From NCBI GenBank assembly GCA_041659505.1, contig JBAZYF010000001.1:101475-165474 (forward strand): a stretch of DNA of 64,000 nt, written 5' to 3'. The position numbers were made by a program, and so were the translations under genes. Below the pieces are notes generated by a model, which had not been told where the DNA came from, ran no database searches, and was given only the letters and a program-made list of their open reading frames with translations. Source of the stretch: Parcubacteria group bacterium. GTDB taxonomy: Bacteria; Patescibacteriota; Minisyncoccia; Moranbacterales; UBA2206. Position 1 is the first letter of the stretch, and each line of letters starts with the position of its first letter. Positions 30,610-41,706 of the stretch are shown here, in pieces.

Positions 30610-31188
30610 TTAAGCAACGAACACTCTTCTGTAGCAGGCACGATCATTCTTACGAATTGGATCATGAAGCCCAATGCGCATCTGGCCATCACAAATCAAT
30701 GAGGTTACCCACCCTATACCAGGAATGCTGTCATCATTGAAACGTGACCCAGCGCAAAAAGCGATACGATTATGATCCAGTTGAAGTCCAGTTTCGTCGA
30801 AAAATTTGAGCGCATGGATCATTCCCTCAGTCAACGTTGCAGTCAAAACTCCAACCATTGAGACTTCCTTGGGAGACAATCCTCCCAAATCATCATCCGG
30901 CTCATCTCGCATAAGAATTGCATATGATCCGTTTTGCGCATGTCGATCGCTTTTCGCGACAAGTCGGTCTAGTTTTTTTTGCTCTGGAAGCCATAGATTG
31001 AATAGCTTTACAAATTTGTCGCGGAGTTGCTCGAAAGGAACATCTGCCATGACTATGTGTCTATAGCCGACTTTACTCTCAGGCATTTTAACATTAGAAA
31101 AATCACAATACATGTCAAAATGCCTCTTGTAAAAAGACTGTAAATCTTTGATGGCTTCCATGCAAGATTTTTCTGGTAATATTGGCAT
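30610..31188 (-). CDS. Hypothetical protein
   Basis: SD AAGGAGG before ATG 31188; 192-codon ORF. Confidence 0.7.
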   Translation of the reverse strand: MPILPEKSCMEAIKDLQSFYKRHFDMYCDFSNVKMPESKVGYRHIVMADVPFEQLRDKFVKLFNLWLPEQKKLDRLVAKSDRHAQNGSYAILMRDEPDDDLGGLSPKEVSMVGVLTATLTEGMIHALKFFDETGLQLDHNRIAFCAGSRFNDDSIPGIGWVTSLICDGQMRIGLHDPIRKNDRACYRRVFVA

Positions 31189-31303
31189 GACCAGTCTCCT
31201 CCTTACGTTCAAAAATGTTAAAGAGCCAAACTCTCCGTTAAATATAGCTACCGCTATAATAAACCAATTTATTACAATAAACCAGCGTTGTCAACCCCAA
31301 AAC

Positions 31304-31963
31304 CTAAAGGCTCACATATTTCACCGGCAAAACTTTTCGGAAAATGCCGGCAAAAATGAAGGAGTCGGATTTGTGGATAAAGATCGGCTGGTGGATCGGG
31401 TTGGTCGATTTGGGAAAAAGGCCGATCACGTCTTCACTGACTTTTTTGTAGCGTTTGATGGTGGCCATGCCGTTCACCACTGCCACGACAATCTTACCTT
31501 CCAATTCTTCCTGGTGTTCATATTTCTCAAAAATGACGTAGTCGCCATCGTTGATTTTTTCCTTGTCCATCGAATCGCCCAAGGCCTTCACGGCAAAAAG
31601 CAAAGACTCATCTTTGTCACGAAAAAGCGCTTTGGAAATTTGCAAAAAGCCGTCGACATTGTCCTGCGCATAAGCCAGCGCTTCTCCGCAAGATGCCAAG
31701 CCATAGACCGGCACAGAGAAAATATTTTTAAAATTAGTATAATTCTTGTTTTCCACCAGATAGATTTTCTTGTTCTTATCACGCTTGATTAGATCCTTTT
31801 TTTCGAGTGATTCAATCACTTGCATTACCGATTTCAAACTATCCTTCACACCTTGCGACTCCAAAAATTTTTGCAACCGATAGCTGGTGGGATTAGCTTT
31901 CCCCTGGTCGATCAGCTCTCGGATCGATTCCAGGATGTTTTGTTGTTTGGCTGTTAGGATCAT
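31304..31963 (-). CDS. lexA: LexA-like repressor (wHTH + S24 peptidase)
   Basis: LTAKQ..IL..I N-terminus, VYGLASCG cleavage loop, catalytic GDSM and ATIKR. Confidence 0.8.
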   Translation of the reverse strand: MILTAKQQNILESIRELIDQGKANPTSYRLQKFLESQGVKDSLKSVMQVIESLEKKDLIKRDKNKKIYLVENKNYTNFKNIFSVPVYGLASCGEALAYAQDNVDGFLQISKALFRDKDESLLFAVKALGDSMDKEKINDGDYVIFEKYEHQEELEGKIVVAVVNGMATIKRYKKVSEDVIGLFPKSTNPIHQPIFIHKSDSFIFAGIFRKVLPVKYVSL

Positions 31964-32030
31964 AGTTTTATTTTGGTTTTTACGCGTCTAAATTTTAGTA
32001 AACACGTAAATCCTCTTTTTTTAATAATTA

Positions 32031-32067
32031 CAGTGTTATTTTAACATTGATAGTCTAACACTGTCAA
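32031..32067 (-). promoter_or_regulatory. lexA promoter with two tandem TGWTA-N3-TAACA boxes
   Basis: Minus-strand TTGACA-18-TAAAAT overlapped by TGTTAtttTAACA (32034-32046) and TGATAgtcTAACA (32048-32060). Confidence 0.6.
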
Positions 32068-32084
32068 GTGCCCCTATTTACACT

Positions 32085-32113
32085 AAAAAAGCCCCGAATA
32101 ATCGGGGCTTTTG
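32085..32113 (-). terminator. Intrinsic terminator
   Basis: aaaaaagccccga-ataa-tcggggctttt. Confidence 0.8.
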
Positions 32114-32133
32114 GCACTAATAAATTCTCAGGC

Positions 32134-33210
32134 TTAATTTCCGCAAGCAGCACCAGAGGCACTAGCAGCGGCAGGAGCAGTGCCCTCACCAAATCCCGGT
32201 GCGGGAGCAGCAGAGGAAAGTGTTGTCGAACATTCTTTCGGTTCAGTCTTAAATCCAGAGCAAATAGTTTTCAAAAGACTTGTAGCATCTCTTCCAGCTG
32301 AAGCAGCCTCCACCCCGTTAATTACGAGTGTTGGAGAACCTTTCACGCCATATTTTTCATTATCCGCCTTGTTCACATTGAACGGCGGGTATGATCCTTG
32401 GTAAGTACTCTTATCCTCATAATTTTTCGTCACGTCAAATTGAGTATCCGCTTGCGTCATGCAGGTTTTCACTGTTGCCGCAGCGACACCGGCTGTTTGC
32501 ATACAACTATCCTCTGTACCTTGCCCAACCTTGAGAAAACAAGTCAGGTAAGCACTTAATTTTGCCGGCTGATTTTTTTGGATGCAATATTGTCTCAAAT
32601 TTTCATCCAATTCTTTTTTGTCATGCATCGCGTAGTTGACAAATTTCAGAGTATAGTTAATTTTTGTTCCAAGAGCAGTGAGTACTGGCAGGATGCCTTT
32701 TTCAATCTGTGTTCCATATGGGCAATAACTCATCACGAACAGTTCCACAACCGGCTTGTCAGTTTTAGGAATTTCTGCCACAGGCTTGGTTTCTCCCGGT
32801 GTTTGCTCAGCAGCCATTTTTTGCTCTGTTTCCGCGATATCCATCACGCTAGGAAAAAACTTTGATCCGTCAGTTGATAGATAGGAAGTAATTTCTTGCT
32901 TTTGCGCTCCTTCGCCGATTGAAACCATCACTTTAAACATTCCGTTTTCCTTGGCCACTGACGTGATGTCGGCTTTCGCTCCACCTTGCATCAAATTGTT
33001 GTTGATGAAATCTGCCACTTTTGCCTTCGCCTGGCTTTCCGTCAAATTGTGTTTACTCCAAACTAGCTTATAGTAACCATAACCACCAAGCGCAACAACC
33101 AAAAGGATGATTGCAATAATCTTGGGCAAATGTTTTTTATATTTCTCGCAACCGCAAGTCCCCTTCTCGCAGCAGTCCGCATCCATGGACTCTTTCTTTT
33201 CTTCTTCCAT
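32134..33210 (-). CDS. Membrane-anchored thioredoxin/DsbA-like protein
   Basis: N-terminal TM helix, FVMSYCPYG, and the GVKGSPTLVING cis-Pro loop. Confidence 0.75.
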   Translation of the reverse strand: MEEEKKESMDADCCEKGTCGCEKYKKHLPKIIAIILLVVALGGYGYYKLVWSKHNLTESQAKAKVADFINNNLMQGGAKADITSVAKENGMFKVMVSIGEGAQKQEITSYLSTDGSKFFPSVMDIAETEQKMAAEQTPGETKPVAEIPKTDKPVVELFVMSYCPYGTQIEKGILPVLTALGTKINYTLKFVNYAMHDKKELDENLRQYCIQKNQPAKLSAYLTCFLKVGQGTEDSCMQTAGVAAATVKTCMTQADTQFDVTKNYEDKSTYQGSYPPFNVNKADNEKYGVKGSPTLVINGVEAASAGRDATSLLKTICSGFKTEPKECSTTLSSAAPAPGFGEGTAPAAASASGAACGN

Positions 33211-33357
33211 AATTTATTTTGAATTATTTATTAGATTACCGGTGATTGCCGATACTTTTGCTATTATAACCAATCAGCGAATTTCGTGCAAGCGCTCATT
33301 TTTAGCATCCGCATCCAAAATTTTATCCAGATCTTTGATAAATTAATTACTCCACGC

Positions 33358-33861
33358 CTAAGGCAACAGCGACTCAATATATTTTTTCATATTCGATACA
33401 AACTCTTCCGGTCGCTCTTGTGCATGTTTTCTCAATTCTTCTGGCGAAATCCAAGCCACCGCCTCAACTTCATCTTCTTGCAACACAAATTCATCGGCTT
33501 TTTTATCAATAGTCAGCATAAACCATTGAGTGAAATGGTAGCTCCCGTCAATTTTTGTTTTTGGTCCAAGTTCTGGTTTAATATTTTTTAGTCCCAATTC
33601 TTCTTCGGCTTCTTTGATTATATTATCCAAATAAGTTTCCCCTTTCTCGACTGTTCCCGCAACCGCAGGTCCCCACATCCCTGGATGATGCGCCTTAGAA
33701 TGATGCCGCTTCGCCAAAAGAATTTCACCACGAGAATTAGTTATCCATAAAGCCGAGACGCGATAAATGTTTTTCTTTTTGAAAGCGCCTCTCTCTTCAT
33801 GCCCAATAATTTCATCATTTTCATCAACGATGATTATTTTTTGTTTGGCTGGTTCGGTCAT
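33358..33861 (-). CDS. NUDIX hydrolase (IDI-like)
   Basis: AGTVEKGET...EAEEELG Nudix box. Confidence 0.85.
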   Translation of the reverse strand: MTEPAKQKIIIVDENDEIIGHEERGAFKKKNIYRVSALWITNSRGEILLAKRHHSKAHHPGMWGPAVAGTVEKGETYLDNIIKEAEEELGLKNIKPELGPKTKIDGSYHFTQWFMLTIDKKADEFVLQEDEVEAVAWISPEELRKHAQERPEEFVSNMKKYIESLLP

Positions 33862-33884
33862 AGTAAGTACTTATTCTTTTTATA

Positions 33885-35126
33885 CTAAATTTTTCTGAAA
33901 CAATCAATTATTTCAATCTTTTCTATTTTTTTCAGTTGTCCAATTGTAACAACATAGCCAACGAGAAGTTTATTCTTTTCCACAAAACGCTTGACTGCAG
34001 AGATATCCTTTGCGCTGGTGTTTTTTTTGAATTTAATCTCTATTGGGATAAGCGCGGGAGCCGCGTCAAGCAAGATATCAATTTCTTCCCCACTTTTTGT
34101 GCGATAATATTTAATCGTTTCTGGATCCACTCCTTTTTTAATCAGCTCGGAAACATAAAATCCTTCAAAGAGAAATCCCGCGTCAGAACGCGCGTCAACT
34201 GAAGAAAAATTTCCCAAAAAATAATTTCGCACGCCATTATCAAGAAAATAAATTTTGGGCATTTTAGAAATTTCCTTGTTTTTGTTGGTAAAATATGGAC
34301 GCAGAATTGAAATAATATATGTCTCTTGCAAAATAGCCAAATAATTTTGCACGGTTTCTGTGCTTATCTCCGCTGCCGCTCCATACTTGGCATAGTTCGC
34401 CGTCTGCCCATGATTGATGGCTAAAATTTTCATGAGCTGACTGGCATTTCTTAACTTTTCCATTCTGACATATTCGGCAAAATCCTTTTTAATATAGAGA
34501 TCAAAAATGGAACGCAGTGCCTCTTTTTTTTCTTCAATAGTTTTGGACAAAACGACATCCGGATATCCACCAAAGACTAAAAATTCTTCCAGCAAAGCAT
34601 AGGCTTCGCGCATTGGAGAGAAGTAGTCTCCCGTTTGTACTTTTGGGAGTTGGTTTATTTTTGCAATAAGCTCAGACCTATCCTTAAAGTACAAAAATTC
34701 CTCAAAACTCAGTGGATAGACATGGGTGATTATTTTTCGTCCTGCCAAACTTTCTTGAATTGAATTTTTTATTTCCAATGATGATGATCCGGTAGCATAT
34801 ATTTTAATATTACTGTGGTGATCGTGGACGGATTTTATCACTCGCGATAAATCAACGTAACGTTGGAATTCATCCAAAAAAACATAGAAGAAATTTTTCT
34901 GTTTTTCCTCATAACCGTTTGTCTTGAAAGTGGCGATAGCTTTTTCGTAGGTCGCTACTTGCTCATAATCTGAAAAAATATCCACATCAAAAAAAATTCC
35001 TCCCAACTGTCGGTGCAGTTCTTTCAGAATTGTCGTTTTCCCCACTTGCCGGGGTCCAATGATAATTGAAGCCTTTTGGGAATTCTGTTGACCCAATATT
35101 TTACTGAAAACAAGCCTTTTTTTCAT
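33885..35126 (-). CDS. AAA+ ATPase (AAA_14 + DUF4143)
   Basis: GPRQVGKT, LDEFQ, TGSSS, ESLAGR, EIDI...IEIK. Confidence 0.9.
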   Translation of the reverse strand: MKKRLVFSKILGQQNSQKASIIIGPRQVGKTTILKELHRQLGGIFFDVDIFSDYEQVATYEKAIATFKTNGYEEKQKNFFYVFLDEFQRYVDLSRVIKSVHDHHSNIKIYATGSSSLEIKNSIQESLAGRKIITHVYPLSFEEFLYFKDRSELIAKINQLPKVQTGDYFSPMREAYALLEEFLVFGGYPDVVLSKTIEEKKEALRSIFDLYIKKDFAEYVRMEKLRNASQLMKILAINHGQTANYAKYGAAAEISTETVQNYLAILQETYIISILRPYFTNKNKEISKMPKIYFLDNGVRNYFLGNFSSVDARSDAGFLFEGFYVSELIKKGVDPETIKYYRTKSGEEIDILLDAAPALIPIEIKFKKNTSAKDISAVKRFVEKNKLLVGYVVTIGQLKKIEKIEIIDCFRKI

Positions 35127-35190
35127 ATTTTTTACTAAAATAAGGTTATACCTGCTTTTAGTATATACTTTTATCTGGCATACGTCAAGT

Positions 35191-35607
35191 TTAGTATAAA
35201 TCATCTTCCGTCAAAACTTCAATGCCATTTTTCTTGAGCAGTTTTGTCATCACTCCGTCACCCTCAATCATAACGCCGGAAAAAGTGCCGTCATAAATTT
35301 TTCCACATCCACAGGATGGACTTTTTTGCTTCAAAATGGCAGTTGTAATTCCTCTGGCTTTAGCAATCTTCAAAACCTGCTCGGCACCGATTTTGAAATT
35401 AGCCGTCACATCAACCCCGCTTTTTGTGAAAACCCGATCGCCTCTTATCTCAGTTTGCTCCCGCGGAGTCAAAAGCCCCCTCAACTGCTCAGGACAAACC
35501 GGAACCAAAGTTTCTTTTTTAGCCAAAGCCAAAACTTTTTCATTGGCCTTATCACTGCCATCGTAACGACATTTTATACCCAAAAGGCATGCGCTGCAAA
35601 GTTTCAT
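35191..35607 (-). CDS. DUF523 family protein (thiouracil desulfidase-like)
   Basis: SACLLG..CRYDG, VCPE, KSPSCG. Confidence 0.9.
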   Translation of the reverse strand: MKLCSACLLGIKCRYDGSDKANEKVLALAKKETLVPVCPEQLRGLLTPREQTEIRGDRVFTKSGVDVTANFKIGAEQVLKIAKARGITTAILKQKSPSCGCGKIYDGTFSGVMIEGDGVMTKLLKKNGIEVLTEDDLY

Positions 35608-35610
35608 AAA

Positions 35611-35832
35611 TTATTCATTTATCAATTTAAATCTAGGAGTTTCTTTCCCATCAACTATCACGTTTTCCAAAAACATCTGCTTGGGCCGCACCCATACGGA
35701 ACCTTTTCCAAAAGTTCTACATTCGTATAGTGCCCTATATACGACCATCTCTTCCAGTGTCTCGCTATGATGAGCGACGGCGATAACTTCAATGATGCCA
35801 CCCTTATAATGTTTATATTTTCCTAGTTTCAT
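35611..35832 (-). CDS. DUF1653 family protein
   Basis: GKYKHYKG, HSET.E.MVVY.ALY, WVRP..MF. Confidence 0.9.
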   Translation of the reverse strand: MKLGKYKHYKGGIIEVIAVAHHSETLEEMVVYRALYECRTFGKGSVWVRPKQMFLENVIVDGKETPRFKLINE

Positions 35833-35862
35833 AAAGCGTTTTATTACTCCTCTCTATGCGAT

Positions 35863-36366
35863 TTAAATTGAAGTTTTTATTTTCTCCGCCATTTTTTTTA
35901 ATTTTTTAAAATCCGCCATCGGGCCATCAGCTGAACTCAGATAGCCGGCATATTTTTTAAAATATTCAGATTTTTCACTGTTATACCGTTTCCAAATACC
36001 TTTTTTCATATGCCCCGTTCCGTGCATTGGAACAAGCTTGATGTGTGCATGGTCTATTCCGGTGCCTTCCATAATGAGTCCAACTCGACCAACGTCTTTA
36101 AAATAATCTTCCAAAAGTTTTGCTACTTTCTTGGCGGCTAGGATAAAATTTGCCAAAGCCTTGTCATCCATTTTCAAGACGTCGCTAGCGTAATGCTTTT
36201 TGGGAATAATCATCGCAAATCCTTCCGTATTGGGAAAAGGAGACAGCCAAGCCATATAGTTTTTATCCTCCCAAATCAAACTATCACCTAAGGGTTTGAT
36301 TTTACCTTTGGCGATTTCGCAAAAGATGCATTCACCCACGTCTGTTTTGTTTTTGTAGTTTGCCAT
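35863..36366 (-). CDS. HIT family hydrolase
   Basis: CIFC, IPKKH and a variant HAHIKL triad. Confidence 0.85.
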   Translation of the reverse strand: MANYKNKTDVGECIFCEIAKGKIKPLGDSLIWEDKNYMAWLSPFPNTEGFAMIIPKKHYASDVLKMDDKALANFILAAKKVAKLLEDYFKDVGRVGLIMEGTGIDHAHIKLVPMHGTGHMKKGIWKRYNSEKSEYFKKYAGYLSSADGPMADFKKLKKMAEKIKTSI

Positions 36367-36459
36367 AATATTTTAAAGCTTGCTTAAAATTATATTTCGT
36401 GTTATTTTCCAGTATCAGCAACGACTGATATTGAAAATCATAGCCAAAAGGAGGCAAAA

Positions 36460-36753
36460 ATGCAACAAGCAAAACGAGATGACACAGGCTGCTGTATCGG
36501 CGAGATAAAAGCGGTAATGCCAGGCGACATTCTTACGCTTTTCCCAAGCGGCGATATTTTATTTCTTCGTGGATGTTATGGAATCGCAATTCCAGAAAGC
36601 GGAGTCATGCCAGAAAACGGGATTTGGACAGAAAAAAGCGTCTCTTCCCTAATCGCTTTCATTATAGACGAATTCGGACTTGCCGTAGAAAGAACGGAGA
36701 AAAAAAGCCTAATCTCCCCGGGTAATAATGTTTATTACCGCTTCATGCGATAA
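36460..36753 (+). CDS. Hypothetical protein
   Basis: SD AGGAGG; terminator atatgcccg..cgggcatat at 36769-36812. Confidence 0.6.
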   Translation: MQQAKRDDTGCCIGEIKAVMPGDILTLFPSGDILFLRGCYGIAIPESGVMPENGIWTEKSVSSLIAFIIDEFGLAVERTEKKSLISPGNNVYYRFMR

Positions 36754-36812
36754 AACATCGCACGAAGCATATGCCCGTTCAAGGATTAAAACCTTGCGGG
36801 CATATTATTTTT

Positions 36813-38870
<2,058 letters not shown>

Positions 38871-38963
38871 TGACAAAATGATTATATCTTGATAATATCA
38901 GACATTCTTTAAAATTTGAATTATTCGGACTGCAATCACCATTCACTCAAAAAGGAGGACCAG

Positions 38964-39380
38964 ATGAATACTAATACTAGATTTACTATTTCAGGTGCCA
39001 TTATAATGACAATAGTACTGGGACTTTTGCTGCTAGCTCATAGATTAGATGAAAGGGGGGTGGTTTCTGCTGGTATTACCAGCGCCGCTATACAGGAAAT
39101 ACGGCCTATCAGCACAACCCGTGACCCACAAAACATCAACCCAGAAAATGATTTTATTGGATTCGAGATTATCTTCACCAGTGAAATCCAATGCGGAAAA
39201 TTCAAAACCAATGTGGTAAGATTTTCCGCAGATCATTCAACTGGGTCTGGGCTTAGACAGATATTTATTATTGCTGGAAACCCCCAGCATAAATATGAAC
39301 TCCAGGATTTTACCATTCGCACCAAAGATGGTGGTAAAAGTTTTTATGTGATAACTTCGGTTATCGCAATCCTGAAATAA
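38964..39380 (+). CDS. Membrane-anchored hypothetical protein
   Basis: SD AAGGAGG, N-terminal TM helix; terminator ctgccatatt..aatatggcag+T7 at 39419-39461. Confidence 0.65.
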   Translation: MNTNTRFTISGAIIMTIVLGLLLLAHRLDERGVVSAGITSAAIQEIRPISTTRDPQNINPENDFIGFEIIFTSEIQCGKFKTNVVRFSADHSTGSGLRQIFIIAGNPQHKYELQDFTIRTKDGGKSFYVITSVIAILK

Positions 39381-39472
39381 TTCAATTCCATCTTCTTTCC
39401 AAGCGAACTCACTCGCACCTGCCATATTTCCAAGAAACATCGGGAATATGGCAGTTTTTTTATTTTAAATTG

Positions 39473-39571
39473 TCTTGAACTGTGATTTTTGTGATTATTT
39501 GATGGACTATGATTTCTTAATCAAAATCCCAATCATAGTTTTCATTCAATCAGACGAATCATAGTTCGAGA
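39473..39571. repeat. Inverted array of degenerate 9-mers
   Basis: tcttgaactgtgat ... atcatagttcgaga. Confidence 0.6.
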
Positions 39572-39861
39572 TTAAGATAACAAGCGTAGCGATCAAGTTT
39601 CCAATCCCGCACCTGCCTTACAGTATTTGAACCTATTTCGACCATTTTAACCAACTGGTTAAAATGGTTATCCGTGTCCTGAACGCTATTAATGCAAGCC
39701 TTTATAGCCCTACTGATAACTTCCTGGGCTTTTTGCCAATTTGGATAACCCAAGAGAGGCATCAGCTCCCGCGCTTCCCAAAATTCGACACCATTTTCAT
39801 CGATCTTTTTAATGTTCTCAAAGTCCTTGTGGACTCCCAATGCAACTTCCATTTTTGTCAT
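39559..39861 (-). pseudogene. dinD: Truncated DinD-like (BRO-N) DNA-damage-inducible protein
   Basis: FENIK..ENGVEFWEAREL..LGY..W...LDRYACYL, then an abrupt end inside a repeat element. Full-length DinD continues much further. Confidence 0.75.
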
Positions 39862-39923
39862 AGTTTTAGTGTTAGTTTTATTATAATGATATTATAACAC
39901 TAAAGCAAAACTACTGTCAATTG

Positions 39924-40021
39924 TCTGAACCACTGATTATCACATGAGCTCACATGATTTCACTGATTTATGAATCTAATCATGTGAAATCAGCGTAATC
40001 AGTGCGAATCAGTGGTTCTGA
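39924..40021. repeat. Inverted array of 9-mers (AATCAGTG-type); half copy at 26082-26126
   Basis: tctgaaccactgatt ... aatcagcgtaatcagtgcgaatcagtggttctga. Confidence 0.7.
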
Positions 40022-40022
40022 T

Positions 40023-41096
40023 TTATAGATACTTCCCTCCCCGCTCTTTCAACTCTTCCACTATTTTTTTCACATCCTGCGCTCGGGATTTGGGACAAAT
40101 GAGCAGTGCATCATCCGTGTCCACAATTAGCAAATTGTCTATGCCAATTGTTGCAATCAATTTATTTCCATTCCCCTTGATAAGCGAGTTTCTGCTTTCA
40201 ATAGCCAAAATATTACCATCCGTATAGGCTTGTTCTGGAGAAGCTAGGTATTCATAAATAACCCCCCAGGTGCCCATGTCCATCCACTTAAATGGATTGA
40301 TAATCAGGTAGGTCTGATCAAAAATATGTTTTGTAACATCTTCTACTGGGCCAGATTTCATAGAAGCATAAATTTTATCCACTTCCCTCGTTGAATCTTT
40401 TTTCCCGAGAGCTGTTTTTATCTTCATCAGTGCCTTATGCCAGGCGGGGTTATGTTTTTCATAAAGAGCCAGCATCAAATCGGGATACCAGCAATAGTGA
40501 TTTGAGTGGGTTGCTATTTTGAAATTACTGATTAGCTCCTCTGTTTCTTCGTAGGTATCCAGCCGGGGGATAAATTTTTGAATTTTGAAAATATCCATAT
40601 CCTCCTTGCTTTTGACCTGCTCACCTAGCATTAAATAGTCAATGCCCATATCTGGGTAGAGCGCTTTTTGTCCTCCAGTTACCAGCTTTTTCTCTTTCTT
40701 AACTAGTCTTTCGGCGGCTCTTGTCATTTCAATGAATTTTTTGTCCGGCTTACGAAGGCAATCCGCTTGAACAATCATGAAAGGTTCTTTGGGATATTTC
40801 ATAGCTACTTTCACAATTGCAAAGCCTGTGGCTGGCCCGGTATTTCTCGCCACGTCCGGTTCAATAATAATATTTTCTAGAGATATTTCCGGCGCATCTT
40901 CAACTACATACTTCACATATCTTCTTTTGGTTGAAACAAAAATATCCTGAGATCCATATTCCTTGAGTAACGATTCAACATTTTGCCTGAAGAGAGTTTT
41001 ATTTCCCACTATTGGCTGAAATTGCTTTGGCTTGTCTTCTCGACTCAATGGCCAAAGTTTAGTTCCTTGCCCTCCTGCGAAGATTATAAATTTCAT
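40023..41096 (-). CDS. manC: Mannose-1-phosphate guanylyltransferase
   Basis: AGGQGTKLWPLSR..PKQF, EP..RNTGPA, WMDMGTW, DTDDALL. Confidence 0.88.
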   Translation of the reverse strand: MKFIIFAGGQGTKLWPLSREDKPKQFQPIVGNKTLFRQNVESLLKEYGSQDIFVSTKRRYVKYVVEDAPEISLENIIIEPDVARNTGPATGFAIVKVAMKYPKEPFMIVQADCLRKPDKKFIEMTRAAERLVKKEKKLVTGGQKALYPDMGIDYLMLGEQVKSKEDMDIFKIQKFIPRLDTYEETEELISNFKIATHSNHYCWYPDLMLALYEKHNPAWHKALMKIKTALGKKDSTREVDKIYASMKSGPVEDVTKHIFDQTYLIINPFKWMDMGTWGVIYEYLASPEQAYTDGNILAIESRNSLIKGNGNKLIATIGIDNLLIVDTDDALLICPKSRAQDVKKIVEELKERGGKYL

Positions 41097-41168
41097 ACTG
41101 TTTCTTTTTAGTTAATTAAGTGGATTACCCCCTAATTAAACCACACCATTTGAAAAAACGGAAATCTG

Positions 41169-41236
41169 GTAGAGACGAGGCACTGCCTCGTCTTAATGCT
41201 GGTGGTTTTTAAGACGAGGCAGTGCCTCGTCTCTAC
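41169..41236. repeat. GTAGAGAC-type REP doublet
   Basis: gtagagacgaggcactgcctcgtct ... agacgaggcagtgcctcgtctctac. Confidence 0.85.
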
Positions 41237-41366
41237 GGGGGATATTCGGCTATTACAAGCCAAGAAATGACTTAAAATAGCCATTTTGGACTTGACGAAA
41301 GAATGGCGCCGTGCTAACCTCAAATGAGTCATAGACTGGAAATTTTAATCTTTGATTTTCAAAAAA

Positions 41367-41597
41367 ATGCTAAAAATCATTAATATTGCTGAAATCGTCA
41401 TCGCTATCGCGCTCATCGTTTCTATCTTATTGCAAAACAGAGGCGCGGGACTGTCCGGCACATTCGGTGGCGGATTTGAAGGCTATTACACCCGACGTGG
41501 ATTCGAAAAGTTCTTGGTCTATTTTTCCATCTTTCTTTCCACCGCCTTTATCATTCTGGCTATTATTAATTTGATTTTGACTAACAAGTTAAACTAA
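41367..41597 (+). CDS. secG: Preprotein translocase SecG
   Basis: ILLQNRGAGLSGTFGG...TRRGFEK with two TM helices. Confidence 0.92.
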   Translation: MLKIINIAEIVIAIALIVSILLQNRGAGLSGTFGGGFEGYYTRRGFEKFLVYFSIFLSTAFIILAIINLILTNKLN

Positions 41598-41706
41598 ACA
41601 TATTAGTAAACCGCTCGAAAATTGCAAGTGGCTCTCACCGCAATGTTTTGCGAAGCTCTACAGAGTCAGCAACTTCAAAGAAAAACTGCTCCTTTCTTTT
41701 TTAGTC

